From positions 1-28,880 of the forward strand of contig DAIDJN010000066.1 of NCBI GenBank assembly GCA_027451365.1: DNA of 28,880 nt, read 5' to 3'. This stretch comes from Phycisphaerales bacterium. GTDB taxonomy: Bacteria; Planctomycetota; Phycisphaerae; WQYP01. Shown here in pieces: positions 9,065-18,420 of the stretch; the first letter of the stretch is position 1; each line of letters begins with the position of its first letter. Below the pieces are notes generated by a model, which did not search any database, was not told the DNA's origin, and saw only the letters and a program-made list of their open reading frames with translations. A program made the position numbers and the translations under genes.

Positions 9065-10681
9065 ATGCCGAATGCCCGAGTAACATTCGATTCCGGCGAC
9101 CGACCGACCGGTCAATCAATCGTTTATTCCGCCAATGGCGGCTACAGCCTGTTTGGCCGATATGGCACCATTGGCGGAACTGCGATTCTCATTCTGCTGG
9201 CGTTGCGTCTGGTGTACTTTTTTCACCTGCAGAAATACATTTACCAGGCCACCGGCCAGCACTATTCTGATCTGGCGTGGTCCGACCAGCGAACGCAAAA
9301 ACGGTATCTGGCTGAAATGCGAGATCAGATTGCAAGGCAGCATTGGTGGGAAGCCTACGAACGCAGCAGGGCCATTGACCGAAGCATCCACGCATATTCA
9401 AATCATCCGCGGCTTCGGGCGGAATTTTTGTTACCGATTGACCAGCTGGGGCAGGAAGCTAAACAGGATTTTGACAATGGCGGCGCCACTGCCATTCGCA
9501 ACGCCATCGAACAATACGCCGATTTGCGATTCAGCCATCCGATAGCCGCATACAATGCGGTTAAAGCAGTGCAGCAGCAGGCGGAAACGCTGGCGAAGGC
9601 AGATCCGGCGGCACAGTATCTCCTTGAGAAGCTGAACGATATTTTGACCAGCGCCACCATGAACCGGAATATAGCGCTGGCCGCCCGCCAGCGCGTCGCC
9701 CAAATGAAGATTTGGCAATTACCCAGTCGGCCGCAACCGTCGGCAATGGTTGCCAGCAGCCCAGTTGCATTTCAGCCAACTTATCGTGCGCCTGCAATCA
9801 TTCAGCCGGCGCAAAGCGATATTTTTCACCCGGCACCACTTACGACCGCTGCGCCCGTAACGAATTCCCCCCCACCACAGCCGGATAGCCCGCCGCCACC
9901 ACCTGCGCTTTCATCCGCGGATCAGAGTCTTCTGGCGCTGCGGAGCAATCCGGTTTATCTGGGTGCTAATCGCCGGGCTACGGAAATTGTCAATATATTA
10001 AGCCGACAGATCGACAACGCCCGCACACCATGGCGCGGCGTTTCAGACCGTACCCATGCGGCGGCGGAACTGCTGGGTATTTATGTAAACCTCCGCAGTC
10101 TGGTCGCCAATACGCCGCTGAATTTGAAAATTGATAATCAATTGCGGCAGCTAAAAGGCCACCTTTCGGTGCAGGACAATCCGATGGAAGCCAGCATCCT
10201 GGGGGTTCGAAGCCAGCGCAATATACTGGCGATCTGGGCGAAGCAACGTGCGGAAAGCAGTCCTCAATTCGCGGCCCGTTACCGGGCATTGGGTGCCGCG
10301 GGCAAATTAAAACCGCTGGCCCCCGCGCCAATTCCGCAAATTCAGACTGATTATGCAACCGCCAACCGACGAGTGCTGGCACTATTCAAACTGGATTTTG
10401 GAAGCCGACAGGCCGGCGGAGCGACCGCCGTTGCAGCGCCCATTCTGTTGAGGCCGCATGCGGCGGCAACCACGGCCGCACAACGCAATGCGATGGTTGC
10501 GCAGCGCAAAATGTTGGTGGTTCTGCTTGCGGCACTGGCACATAATGACAATCCAATAGCGCAAACCATCGCCAGTAAGCTTAACGGCGCATTAACCACA
10601 GAAACATCAGCGATTGTCGTGCAGGAAGATTATTTGCAGGGCATGGTGTGGTGTTTGCAATATCTGATACGGGATTTATAA
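9065..10681 (+). CDS. Hypothetical single-pass membrane protein with a Pro-rich linker (start 9065 or 9032)
   Basis: ORF of ~540 aa. Hydrophobic segment GGTAILILLALRLVYFF, Ala/Gln-rich helical regions and the linker SPPPQPDSPPPPP. No family recognised. Confidence 0.7.
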   Translation: MPNARVTFDSGDRPTGQSIVYSANGGYSLFGRYGTIGGTAILILLALRLVYFFHLQKYIYQATGQHYSDLAWSDQRTQKRYLAEMRDQIARQHWWEAYERSRAIDRSIHAYSNHPRLRAEFLLPIDQLGQEAKQDFDNGGATAIRNAIEQYADLRFSHPIAAYNAVKAVQQQAETLAKADPAAQYLLEKLNDILTSATMNRNIALAARQRVAQMKIWQLPSRPQPSAMVASSPVAFQPTYRAPAIIQPAQSDIFHPAPLTTAAPVTNSPPPQPDSPPPPPALSSADQSLLALRSNPVYLGANRRATEIVNILSRQIDNARTPWRGVSDRTHAAAELLGIYVNLRSLVANTPLNLKIDNQLRQLKGHLSVQDNPMEASILGVRSQRNILAIWAKQRAESSPQFAARYRALGAAGKLKPLAPAPIPQIQTDYATANRRVLALFKLDFGSRQAGGATAVAAPILLRPHAAATTAAQRNAMVAQRKMLVVLLAALAHNDNPIAQTIASKLNGALTTETSAIVVQEDYLQGMVWCLQYLIRDL

Positions 10682-10813
10682 ATGGTGGAATTTTCTATCC
10701 GAAGAACACTCTCCAGCTGCAGACCTGCAGAGCAATTTCAACTCCACAGCACGATCGGCAATGGCACGCAGGCGATTGCCGTTGCCGGGAATTCGATCAG
10801 CCAATATTGACAA

Positions 10814-10845
10814 GGGCGTGGCTGTGTCATTGCACAGCCACGCCC
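10814..10845 (-). terminator. Strong hairpin just downstream of the PEP-CTERM gene, between convergent genes
   Basis: Perfect 13-bp stem gggcgtggctgtg / cacagccacgccc with a 6-nt loop, 9 bp from the stop codon at 10855. The U-tract is weak. Confidence 0.6.
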
Positions 10846-10854
10846 GCAGTTTGG

Positions 10855-11670
10855 TCATGCTGTCTTGCGTTTTTTAAGGAATAACAGCCCGATCGCGCCA
10901 ATACCCAGCAAACCAACCGATGCAGGTTCGGGAACTGGAGCCGTGTAGAGCGTGAAGCCGGAAACAGTTGTGTCCCAAGATGTAACGCCTAGTGTTGTTT
11001 GCCACACATAAACATCCTGTGTGGAAGCCCCGGCCGTAAATGTGCCGATAACTGAAGTGGCAGAGGAGGTTGAAAACGATGCCGAATTACTGCCGGTAGC
11101 ATTTACCGTATCAGCAAACTCTTCAGTGCGGGCGCTCGACCCGCTCCGCGGATCGTAGGCAAAAAGCTGGATCGCATAGGTTGTGCCCACGGTCAGACCA
11201 CCGATCTGCAGGGTTTGCGGATTGCTCGAGGTGCCTGAGGAGGCCCAACCATCGTTTTCCAGGACATTATTGAAATTCGAGTTGCTTGTGGGCGACCCCG
11301 AGAGTTTTTGGGTGCCGGTATAAAACAACTCAGTTGCTGTGCCGCTCGGGGCGTTACCGCTTGCTGACCCATGCGTAAAACTGATGTTTTGCCCACCCGA
11401 TGTTGGCACCGTATATGTGGTGGTATCAGTGCCAAAGTAAACTGATTGCGTTAGAGATGCGCCCGCATATTCACCCGGGATGGTATCGAGAATGTCAGGG
11501 CTACTGACCGTAGCCGGACTCTGCCATGTAATCGTCGCCGCCTGGCTGGTGGTCGCCGCAAGGCAAACCCCCATCGCCGCTGCGCTGGCCATTGCGAACA
11601 AACTCGCAGATAATTGACAACGGTCCGTCGTGGCTTTCCCTGATGTTTTGACTTCATTAACACTGCGCAT
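10855..11670 (-). CDS. PEP-CTERM sorting-domain surface protein
   Basis: Signal peptide ending ...AATTSQA/ATITW, Ser/Thr-rich body, and C-terminal VPEPASVGLLGIGAIGLLFLKKRKTA (PEP motif, TM helix, basic tail). Confidence 0.93.
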   Translation of the reverse strand: MRSVNEVKTSGKATTDRCQLSASLFAMASAAAMGVCLAATTSQAATITWQSPATVSSPDILDTIPGEYAGASLTQSVYFGTDTTTYTVPTSGGQNISFTHGSASGNAPSGTATELFYTGTQKLSGSPTSNSNFNNVLENDGWASSGTSSNPQTLQIGGLTVGTTYAIQLFAYDPRSGSSARTEEFADTVNATGSNSASFSTSSATSVIGTFTAGASTQDVYVWQTTLGVTSWDTTVSGFTLYTAPVPEPASVGLLGIGAIGLLFLKKRKTA

Positions 11671-12273
11671 AATTCACCGTACCCTTCAAAAATGACTCTA
11701 AATCTCCATCCCCCGGCACACGCGGAGGTATGACTCTTCCTTAATGTTGTAGAGAGGCAAAAACTTAACACTAAATTTTATTTTTTTCTGCGGTACCGCT
11801 GCTAAATAGCTTCTTGCACGGTGCGACCATTCAGGCTTGGCCATGGCGCGAGATTCGGTTCGCCGACGGGCGGCTAGTCTGATAAATCGACATAATTTTG
11901 CCCGGATTCAGCGCACTAACGAATATCGCCGACCCAGGCTTCGTATACATTTTTCGCGATCAGGAATTCAATAGGCCTGGAGGCCCAACGCGAAGCTACG
12001 TTGGATGGGGCATTGACGCCGACGGACGCTTACCAATGTTCCCTAAACGTACAACCCAATTGGTCGGCCAAGTACGGCACCCTGGACAATGCCCCGCGAT
12101 TTTTGACCGATTCAACCGAGACCCGCGGCCAACGTTGTGATTTAAATTTTGGATATTCTCATCAAATTAAAGCCCGATCCCAAGTCACACCGGCGGCGGA
12201 ATCCGCCGGGATGTTTTGATTGACCATAAATTAAAGAAGCGGGCTGGGTCGGGGGCCAGCTTTATTGTGCCGC

Positions 12274-13128
12274 CTAATAGCCATCTGCTGTCGGAAACAC
12301 AACCATATTTTCTTCATTGACCGACCCCGGATTCCATTGCAATGTCCATAGAATTTTAAGATCAGAAATGTGATCCGCATGACCATCGGCAAAACCAATG
12401 TTCATGCCCCCAATGTGTCGAGCCAGTGTGACGCGCTGAATACCGGTTAAATTGTTCCAGGAATTGGCACTGTTGGGCTTGACATCAACCGGAGGAATTG
12501 CGCCGAGACTGGGAGAATCAAAGCCATCGAAATCTTTCCAGACTGAATCACAAAACACTGGTTCTGATGTAGTCTGACCGGTCGATAAATTCGTGAATCG
12601 CGGGTAGACACCCACATACCAGGGGCTGTTGGGCATAAAAGCCAGATTAAAACCGTAGCCGCCAAAAATCGGCAACACGGTGGAATTCGGTCCCGAGCTA
12701 TAACCGTCGGTATCCGCACCATTGGCTATTTCGTAGGGAGTGTTCACACCACCGATGTAATATACATAGCTTCCACTTTGTGTAGCGGACGGGTCCAGCA
12801 GGATGTGCGCGGCCGCCGGTGCGATGGTCGCCATGTATGGCCACAGGTCATCAAACCAGTAGATGCCGGTGCGTTGGGCATAAGGCGGATTATAATTGGC
12901 GTAAATGGTCGAACCCCGATTGGCCTCGCTGTATTCGATGACACTCATAGCCAATGACCGGAGATTCACTTCGCAAACCACACTTTCCGAATTTATCTTG
13001 GCCTGTGCCAATGCCGGCAATAGAAGCGAGATAAGTATTGCTATGATCGCAATAACCACAAGAAGCTCAACGAGGGTGAATGCCGCTGTGTGTAAGCACA
13101 TGTTTGCGCCTGACGTCCGCATTTTCAT
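12274..13128 (-). CDS. Prepilin-type N-terminal cleavage/methylation protein with H-X9-DG C-terminal motif (DUF1559-like)
   Basis: AFTLVELLVVIAIIAILISLLLPALAQAK.....VVC..NLR at the N-terminus; RHIGGMNIGFADGHA at the C-terminus. Confidence 0.93.
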   Translation of the reverse strand: MKMRTSGANMCLHTAAFTLVELLVVIAIIAILISLLLPALAQAKINSESVVCEVNLRSLAMSVIEYSEANRGSTIYANYNPPYAQRTGIYWFDDLWPYMATIAPAAAHILLDPSATQSGSYVYYIGGVNTPYEIANGADTDGYSSGPNSTVLPIFGGYGFNLAFMPNSPWYVGVYPRFTNLSTGQTTSEPVFCDSVWKDFDGFDSPSLGAIPPVDVKPNSANSWNNLTGIQRVTLARHIGGMNIGFADGHADHISDLKILWTLQWNPGSVNEENMVVFPTADGY

Positions 13129-13523
13129 AACTGTACTCCAATTCAGGTCCCGGCCAAAGACGCGTTCCTACCTTCGCAAGAACGTAGGGAGACATAAAAA
13201 TACCATTTACCAAAATGGCCACGCAGCGCGGGCCGCTGTCAACAGAGGCTTTACTCGACATACCGCAGATTTAGATACACCTGCGGAGCCACGTAAATTC
13301 ACCGGCAGGCCGAAACCCTGCGTTCAAAGGCCAGAATTCAGTCCGCCGATAAATTGCCAAATGCCATGGCGGCCGCTTAAGGCAGCCCTGGCCATAAACT
13401 CCCATTCTGATTATATGTTTGGCCGAGGGATAAACTTAACGTCTGATTTCATTTTCTTTCGCAAGGGCGATAGCTGGGTCCGCGAATTGAACTCGTTTCC
13501 GAAAAGTCATTTTCCGGTGTTGC

Positions 13524-15311
13524 CTATTTCCCGCTACGGATCATCCGGGCTGGCCGACCGGCGCGATACATGGCATTGACCTCTCCCGGTGCAAACGTTC
13601 GACTAAAAATTGCCAACTCGCCGATTTTCCCCTGCATGTACATTTGCTCCGTTGCTGAATTCAACAAACCCGGCGCACCGATCAGCAGGCTCATCGATTT
13701 TGCAACCGGCGGCGGCGGACAGGGGCGCGTGCAAACCAGTTTGCCATTTACATAGAATCTGACATGGCCGCGAGCACGTGCAGTCACCGCCAGAAAAGTC
13801 CAGGCACTATGCGTGGGCAATACCGGTGTTGAGATGACGCGACCGGTGCCCCAATCAAAATAAATTCCACGGGGTGTGAATTGACTTTCCGAAGTGCCCA
13901 GCCAGCAAAGATTAAAACGTGGATCAGTTTTGTTAATTTGGTTAATGATGTGGTTCGTGGGAATCATGCTGGCGGGCTTCAACCAAACCGCGATGGTAAT
14001 GGCATGAATCGGAACAAAATGCGGACCGACCTGAAGGGCCACCGCCGTGCGGCGAGAGGGCACAAATTTGAGCGCTTGGCTGGTAGCCCAGCGACCCGGA
14101 ACCCAAACCGGATTGGAATCAGGAACGCCGGGATAGCCGAATTGACCATCATATTTACCGCGGGTTGCGATCGCCTGATTCACCAGTTGATTCGGCCGGG
14201 CTGGCTCGGGAGTGAAGGTGTAATAGGCTCGCAAGTTTGGTGATTCAGACAAGTTATGACTGAAGGCCAGCCAGCGCAAATACCCCTGGTCAGCTGGGGA
14301 AAGCGCTTTTTTGTCCGAAAGCCGCAATTTGGCCCAATACGCCACTTCTCTTGGTCGCACAAACATGAATGACATGGGGCGGGCAGAAACGATTCGGTTG
14401 TTGGACATATTCACTGCCTGGCTGGAACCGATAATTCGGGGCACTGCGGATTTAGCAGTGTGGCCAACCCGGGCAACGGCAACATGGCCCTGAAACACCT
14501 CGGCGTAAGTTGGCTTGCCCGGCTGCTGAGATACGCCGAACTCCGTTCCCAAGTCAATCAGGCTGCCGTACAGCGTTTGAACCGTGAACCCAACCGACGT
14601 ATGCGGCACTTTGGCGACAATTTTCCCGGATGAAAGCCAGATGCGCTGGCCGCTTTGTATCCTGAGCCGGGCGGGTGCCTGCACGACGACGGTCACACCG
14701 GTCCGCGTGCGAAATTCCGCGGTGCCGCGAGCCAATTGAATCATTCCCGAAGGCATCGCGTGGCCCACCCTTTCCGTGCGGCCACCGAGCCAATGGGCGT
14801 GAATACTTTCCACCAAAACAGCACGCGGGGCAGGCGGCGAAGAAGTCATCCGCCAAATCATAAGGGCCATTATGACCACGGCGGCGGCCAAGCCGCCAAA
14901 TGCCAGCCACGAACGTGTTCTCCAGACCAGACCGGATTTATCCGCGTTTGTTGATTTTAAATCACGCCGGTCCCAATCCAACATTTCCACCAGCGGCGTC
15001 GCAAGCGTTTGCGAACTTTCGGATGTGCTAAGCGCGGGCATGATGACCGCATCACCGGACTGGTTTTGTCGATCCATATTCTTAAGCAGCGATTGGCTTC
15101 GCAATTCCCCAACCGCCGCGGTATAGGCAAAGCTAAGACGCACAAATGCTTCGCGATTCAGAGGGTTTGACTCAAGGTAATCCTTCAACTGCGGTAGAGC
15201 ACCGGGCGGAAGTTCGTTTTCCAGATAGCAGAGCGCAAGGCGAAGAAATTCCGGGTCGCACCGGCTGACGAACCCCCTGGGATGTTTTGGCTTAGCTTGA
15301 TCTTCAGTCAT
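13524..15311 (-). CDS. Anti-sigma factor: N-terminal anti-sigma domain, TM helix, FecR domain and C-terminal LamG/ConA-like domain
   Basis: YLENEL......L...L..NP..R..F (anti-sigma domain); TM WLAFGGLAAAVVIMALMIW; FecR GFTVQT..GSLIDLGTEFGV...VFQG.V; LamG-like AYYTF, TIAVWLKP, WTFLAVT...FYVNG, GKIGELAIFSR. Start overlaps the sigma gene stop. Confidence 0.88.
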   Translation of the reverse strand: MTEDQAKPKHPRGFVSRCDPEFLRLALCYLENELPPGALPQLKDYLESNPLNREAFVRLSFAYTAAVGELRSQSLLKNMDRQNQSGDAVIMPALSTSESSQTLATPLVEMLDWDRRDLKSTNADKSGLVWRTRSWLAFGGLAAAVVIMALMIWRMTSSPPAPRAVLVESIHAHWLGGRTERVGHAMPSGMIQLARGTAEFRTRTGVTVVVQAPARLRIQSGQRIWLSSGKIVAKVPHTSVGFTVQTLYGSLIDLGTEFGVSQQPGKPTYAEVFQGHVAVARVGHTAKSAVPRIIGSSQAVNMSNNRIVSARPMSFMFVRPREVAYWAKLRLSDKKALSPADQGYLRWLAFSHNLSESPNLRAYYTFTPEPARPNQLVNQAIATRGKYDGQFGYPGVPDSNPVWVPGRWATSQALKFVPSRRTAVALQVGPHFVPIHAITIAVWLKPASMIPTNHIINQINKTDPRFNLCWLGTSESQFTPRGIYFDWGTGRVISTPVLPTHSAWTFLAVTARARGHVRFYVNGKLVCTRPCPPPPVAKSMSLLIGAPGLLNSATEQMYMQGKIGELAIFSRTFAPGEVNAMYRAGRPARMIRSGK

Positions 15312-15828
15312 GTCCGCCCCGGCCCGTTGCCAATCGTTGATAAATGCAATCCGCAAGTGCGGCGTGAATTCGGCTGAAGGTAACGTAAAGGCTGGCCACT
15401 GGACGATGGAGGATATCCGCAAGCTCCGTGTAACTGATTCCCTGAACGTACCGTTTACGCACAAGGCGGGCGGATGCCGGTGGCAGACGGTCCATGCAAT
15501 GGCGCAAGGCCTCTACAATGTCAGTTGCCTGATGGTCGTCCTGTTTTATCCAAAGTGATTCCAGCGAATCCAAAATGCCATCATCCAGAGTCAGTTGACG
15601 CTCCTGACGTTTTCGCAGCAGATTATACGCAAGATTGCGTGCGGTTGCCCGCAGCCATCGATGGAGATGGGATTCATCCGTAATGGACTCTCGGCGTTCC
15701 AATGCCAGCATACATACCTCCTGAAATATATCTTCAGCCAATTCCAGACGGCGTACCATTGTCATGGTATAACCGATAACGCGCAGGCGATCCTGCAGCA
15801 ACACGCGCATCAACTGCTGTTCATCCAT
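15304..15828 (-). CDS. ECF sigma-70 factor (PVC/Rhodopirellula-Verrucomicrobium type)
   Basis: Region 2 AEDIFQEV...A...WLRATARN; region 4 ALRHCMDRLP...LV..RY..G.S..ELA..L.R...SLYV..SRI..LADCI. AAGGGA lies upstream of ATG 15828. Confidence 0.93.
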   Translation of the reverse strand: MDEQQLMRVLLQDRLRVIGYTMTMVRRLELAEDIFQEVCMLALERRESITDESHLHRWLRATARNLAYNLLRKRQERQLTLDDGILDSLESLWIKQDDHQATDIVEALRHCMDRLPPASARLVRKRYVQGISYTELADILHRPVASLYVTFSRIHAALADCIYQRLATGRGGHD

Positions 15829-16024
15829 CCAATATCCCTTCGCAGAGTGCATTGCGGGCAACTGCAGCCCGCAATGCAGTACAAAAAGGCGTCACCACGT
15901 GAATATCCGGCCGTCTGACCGCGACCGGAATAGCCTATATGTTACTGTCCGAGGGAGTGAAATTATTAACACAGGGCAATTAAATATTCGTGGATTCGGA
16001 GAAAAATTCAGCGCAATGCGAGGA

Positions 16025-17047
16025 TTAGCCGTGACTATGGCTGGTGGCCACCAAAAGGTCGAGAGTTTGACTGGCACGGCCAGAGTCGATGGCTTTGGCG
16101 GCAATGCGAAGGCCTTCGCGAATGGATTCCGCCTTCTGACCGACCCATAGCGCGGCACCAGCATTCAGAAGGACAAGGTCGCGCGGCGGCCCTTTCTTGC
16201 CGGCTAGAACCTCGCGGACAAGCTGAGCTGATTCGGCGGCGGAATTTACCCGGCACGCCTGTACGGAAGTTGTTTTCAGCCCCACATCCTTGGGTTCCAA
16301 ATCAAAACTGCGTAATTCCCCGCCATCGTACATACCCACACGGCTGGTGCCGCCAATGGACAGTTCGCACAGGAAACCTTCCAGTGGGTCGGTCCCGCAG
16401 ACCACGATGGCCCGCAATGCGCCAAGTCGCACCAGCACCTGAAGCATTTTATCCACCAGACCCAGACGGGGTACGCCGGCAAGCTGGCGTCGGGCGCCAG
16501 CGGGATTGGTCAGCGGACCCATTAAATTAAAAATTGTGGCAAACCCAAGTGCTTGGCGCACCTGCCCGACGTTGGCCATGGCCGGATGATGCAGTGGGGC
16601 AAAACAAAAGCAGATTCCCGCGGCTGCCAGGCAGGCGGCCTGCGCTTCGGGCGCGGCATCCACGCGCACGCCGAGTTCGCCCAGCACATCGGATGAGCCA
16701 CTCCGACTGGTGACAGCTTTGTTGCCATGTTTGGCAACCGGCACGCCGCAGGCGGCGGCTACGATAGCGGCGGTGGTGGAAATATTGAACAAACGGGATC
16801 CGGTGCCGCCGGCACCGCAGGTGTCAATCACCATATCTGGAGCTTCCACACGAACGGCCATTTTTCGCATCACCTGCGCCGCCCCCACCAGTTCTTCAAC
16901 GGTCGGTTCGCGTGTCGCAAGCATCGCCAGGAATGCGCCAATTTGCGCGGTCTGGGCTTGGCCGGCCATGATCTGTTCAAGCGCACCACGGGCTTGATCT
17001 TCAGAAAGAGTTTGGCCGGCGGCCAGACGCGCTAGAACATCTTTCAT
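16025..17047 (-). CDS. trpD: Anthranilate phosphoribosyltransferase
   Basis: DTCGAGG, FNISTTAA, VAKHGNKAVTSRSGSSDVL, FAPLHHPAM, TIFNLMGPLTNPA, LLNAGAAL. Confidence 0.96.
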   Translation of the reverse strand: MKDVLARLAAGQTLSEDQARGALEQIMAGQAQTAQIGAFLAMLATREPTVEELVGAAQVMRKMAVRVEAPDMVIDTCGAGGTGSRLFNISTTAAIVAAACGVPVAKHGNKAVTSRSGSSDVLGELGVRVDAAPEAQAACLAAAGICFCFAPLHHPAMANVGQVRQALGFATIFNLMGPLTNPAGARRQLAGVPRLGLVDKMLQVLVRLGALRAIVVCGTDPLEGFLCELSIGGTSRVGMYDGGELRSFDLEPKDVGLKTTSVQACRVNSAAESAQLVREVLAGKKGPPRDLVLLNAGAALWVGQKAESIREGLRIAAKAIDSGRASQTLDLLVATSHSHG

Positions 17048-17123
17048 ATCTGCCTGCACATAGAAATACCGACATATTATTATATGGTGCGGGTCGTCCG
17101 GCTCCACGCCATCAATCAAAAGG

Positions 17124-18305
17124 TCAACCGGATATCACATGCGCCCCGGCGCTTGGCCGGGTCACAAACCAGGTGCTGGTGAGGTTGGTCTGTTCAGGAT
17201 ACTGACCGGCGATGGCATCCTCCAGCGCCGCGACCGCCTGGCTGGGCAGCAGCGCCACGATGCAGCCGCCGAACCCGCCGCCCGTCATGCGGGCACCATA
17301 TACGCCCGGCACGGTCCGGGCGATATTCACGAGAATATCCAGCTCCCGGCAGCTTACGCCGTAGTTGTCCCGCAGGCTTTGATGCGATTCATACATCAGC
17401 TGCCCGGCGGTGGACCATTCGTTTTTTTCCAGAGCTGCGGCGAAATCCTGGGTTCGCCTGTTTTCAGTTATCACGTGCGTGCCCCGCAGAAACACCATCG
17501 GGTCCATTCCCATCCGAACGGTTTCCAGCATTTCAAGTGTCACATCCCGCAACGCCCTGACCGCGGGGTAACGCTTTTTAAGGGTTTCCACAGCGCGCTG
17601 GCACTGGTTTCGCCGGGCCTGGTATTCGCCCTGTACAAGTTCATGTTTCACGTTGGTATTCGCGACAAGAATCCGCAGATTTTCGTCACGAATCGGAACC
17701 TGCCGCCGGGAAAGGTCCCGGCAATCCAGCAGCAATGCATGGCCGGCCTGGCCCATAACAGAAATAAACTGGTCCATAATTCCGCAGGGCATTCCGGCGT
17801 AATGATGCTCCGCCCATTGGCAGGCTTTGGCCAGTTCCACACCATCCAGCGTTTTGCCATTGACGGTCAGAAGTGCCAGCGCGGTGGCTACTTCAAACGC
17901 GGCGCTGGAGGACAGGCCACTGCCCAGCGGCACGTCACTTGAGACCAGCGCATCCATACCTCGCGGGGCTAAACCGCGCTGCCGCAACGCTTCGGCCGCG
18001 CCACGGGCGTATAACGACCATTTGGGCGTGTCTTTGGCGACCACTGAATCGATGGCGAATTCCGCCATCTGTTCCTGAAGTACGCTGAAGATACGAATGC
18101 GGCCATCGCTTCGCGGGCGAGCCACGATGGTGGTAACCCTATCCAAGGCTATGGGAAACACAAAGCCGTCGTTATAGTCGGTATGTTCTCCAATCAGGTT
18201 CACGCGCCCCGGCGCGCAAACCACGACGAGCCTTTCCTTTGTAGCCCCGCTACCGGTTGCAGGAAAGTGATGATGAAACAACTGTTCCAGTTCCGCCTTG
18301 GCCAT
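17124..18305 (-). CDS. galK: Galactokinase
   Basis: Signature APGRVNLIGEHTDYNDG, GHMP motif VPLGSGLSSSAA, CGIMDQ, GARMTGGGFGGC. Confidence 0.96.
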   Translation of the reverse strand: MAKAELEQLFHHHFPATGSGATKERLVVVCAPGRVNLIGEHTDYNDGFVFPIALDRVTTIVARPRSDGRIRIFSVLQEQMAEFAIDSVVAKDTPKWSLYARGAAEALRQRGLAPRGMDALVSSDVPLGSGLSSSAAFEVATALALLTVNGKTLDGVELAKACQWAEHHYAGMPCGIMDQFISVMGQAGHALLLDCRDLSRRQVPIRDENLRILVANTNVKHELVQGEYQARRNQCQRAVETLKKRYPAVRALRDVTLEMLETVRMGMDPMVFLRGTHVITENRRTQDFAAALEKNEWSTAGQLMYESHQSLRDNYGVSCRELDILVNIARTVPGVYGARMTGGGFGGCIVALLPSQAVAALEDAIAGQYPEQTNLTSTWFVTRPSAGAHVISG

Positions 18306-18420
18306 CGATACGTCCCTTTTCTATACATTGCGCCTGGACCGCAATCGCCGGTGATACCGGATAGCGCAACCGCCCAGGACAAATTTCACTTCACTATGCT
18401 ATTGGCCGAACGGGTCTAAA

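Noticed and set aside
13165..13190. Small hairpin upstream of the DUF1559 gene
   Set aside because: Short imperfect stem with no riboswitch or terminator signature.
12905..13579. 224-aa plus-strand ORF and other long antisense ORFs (e.g. 17139-17942, 22191-23108)
   Set aside because: These are shadow frames opposite well-supported genes in GC-rich DNA.
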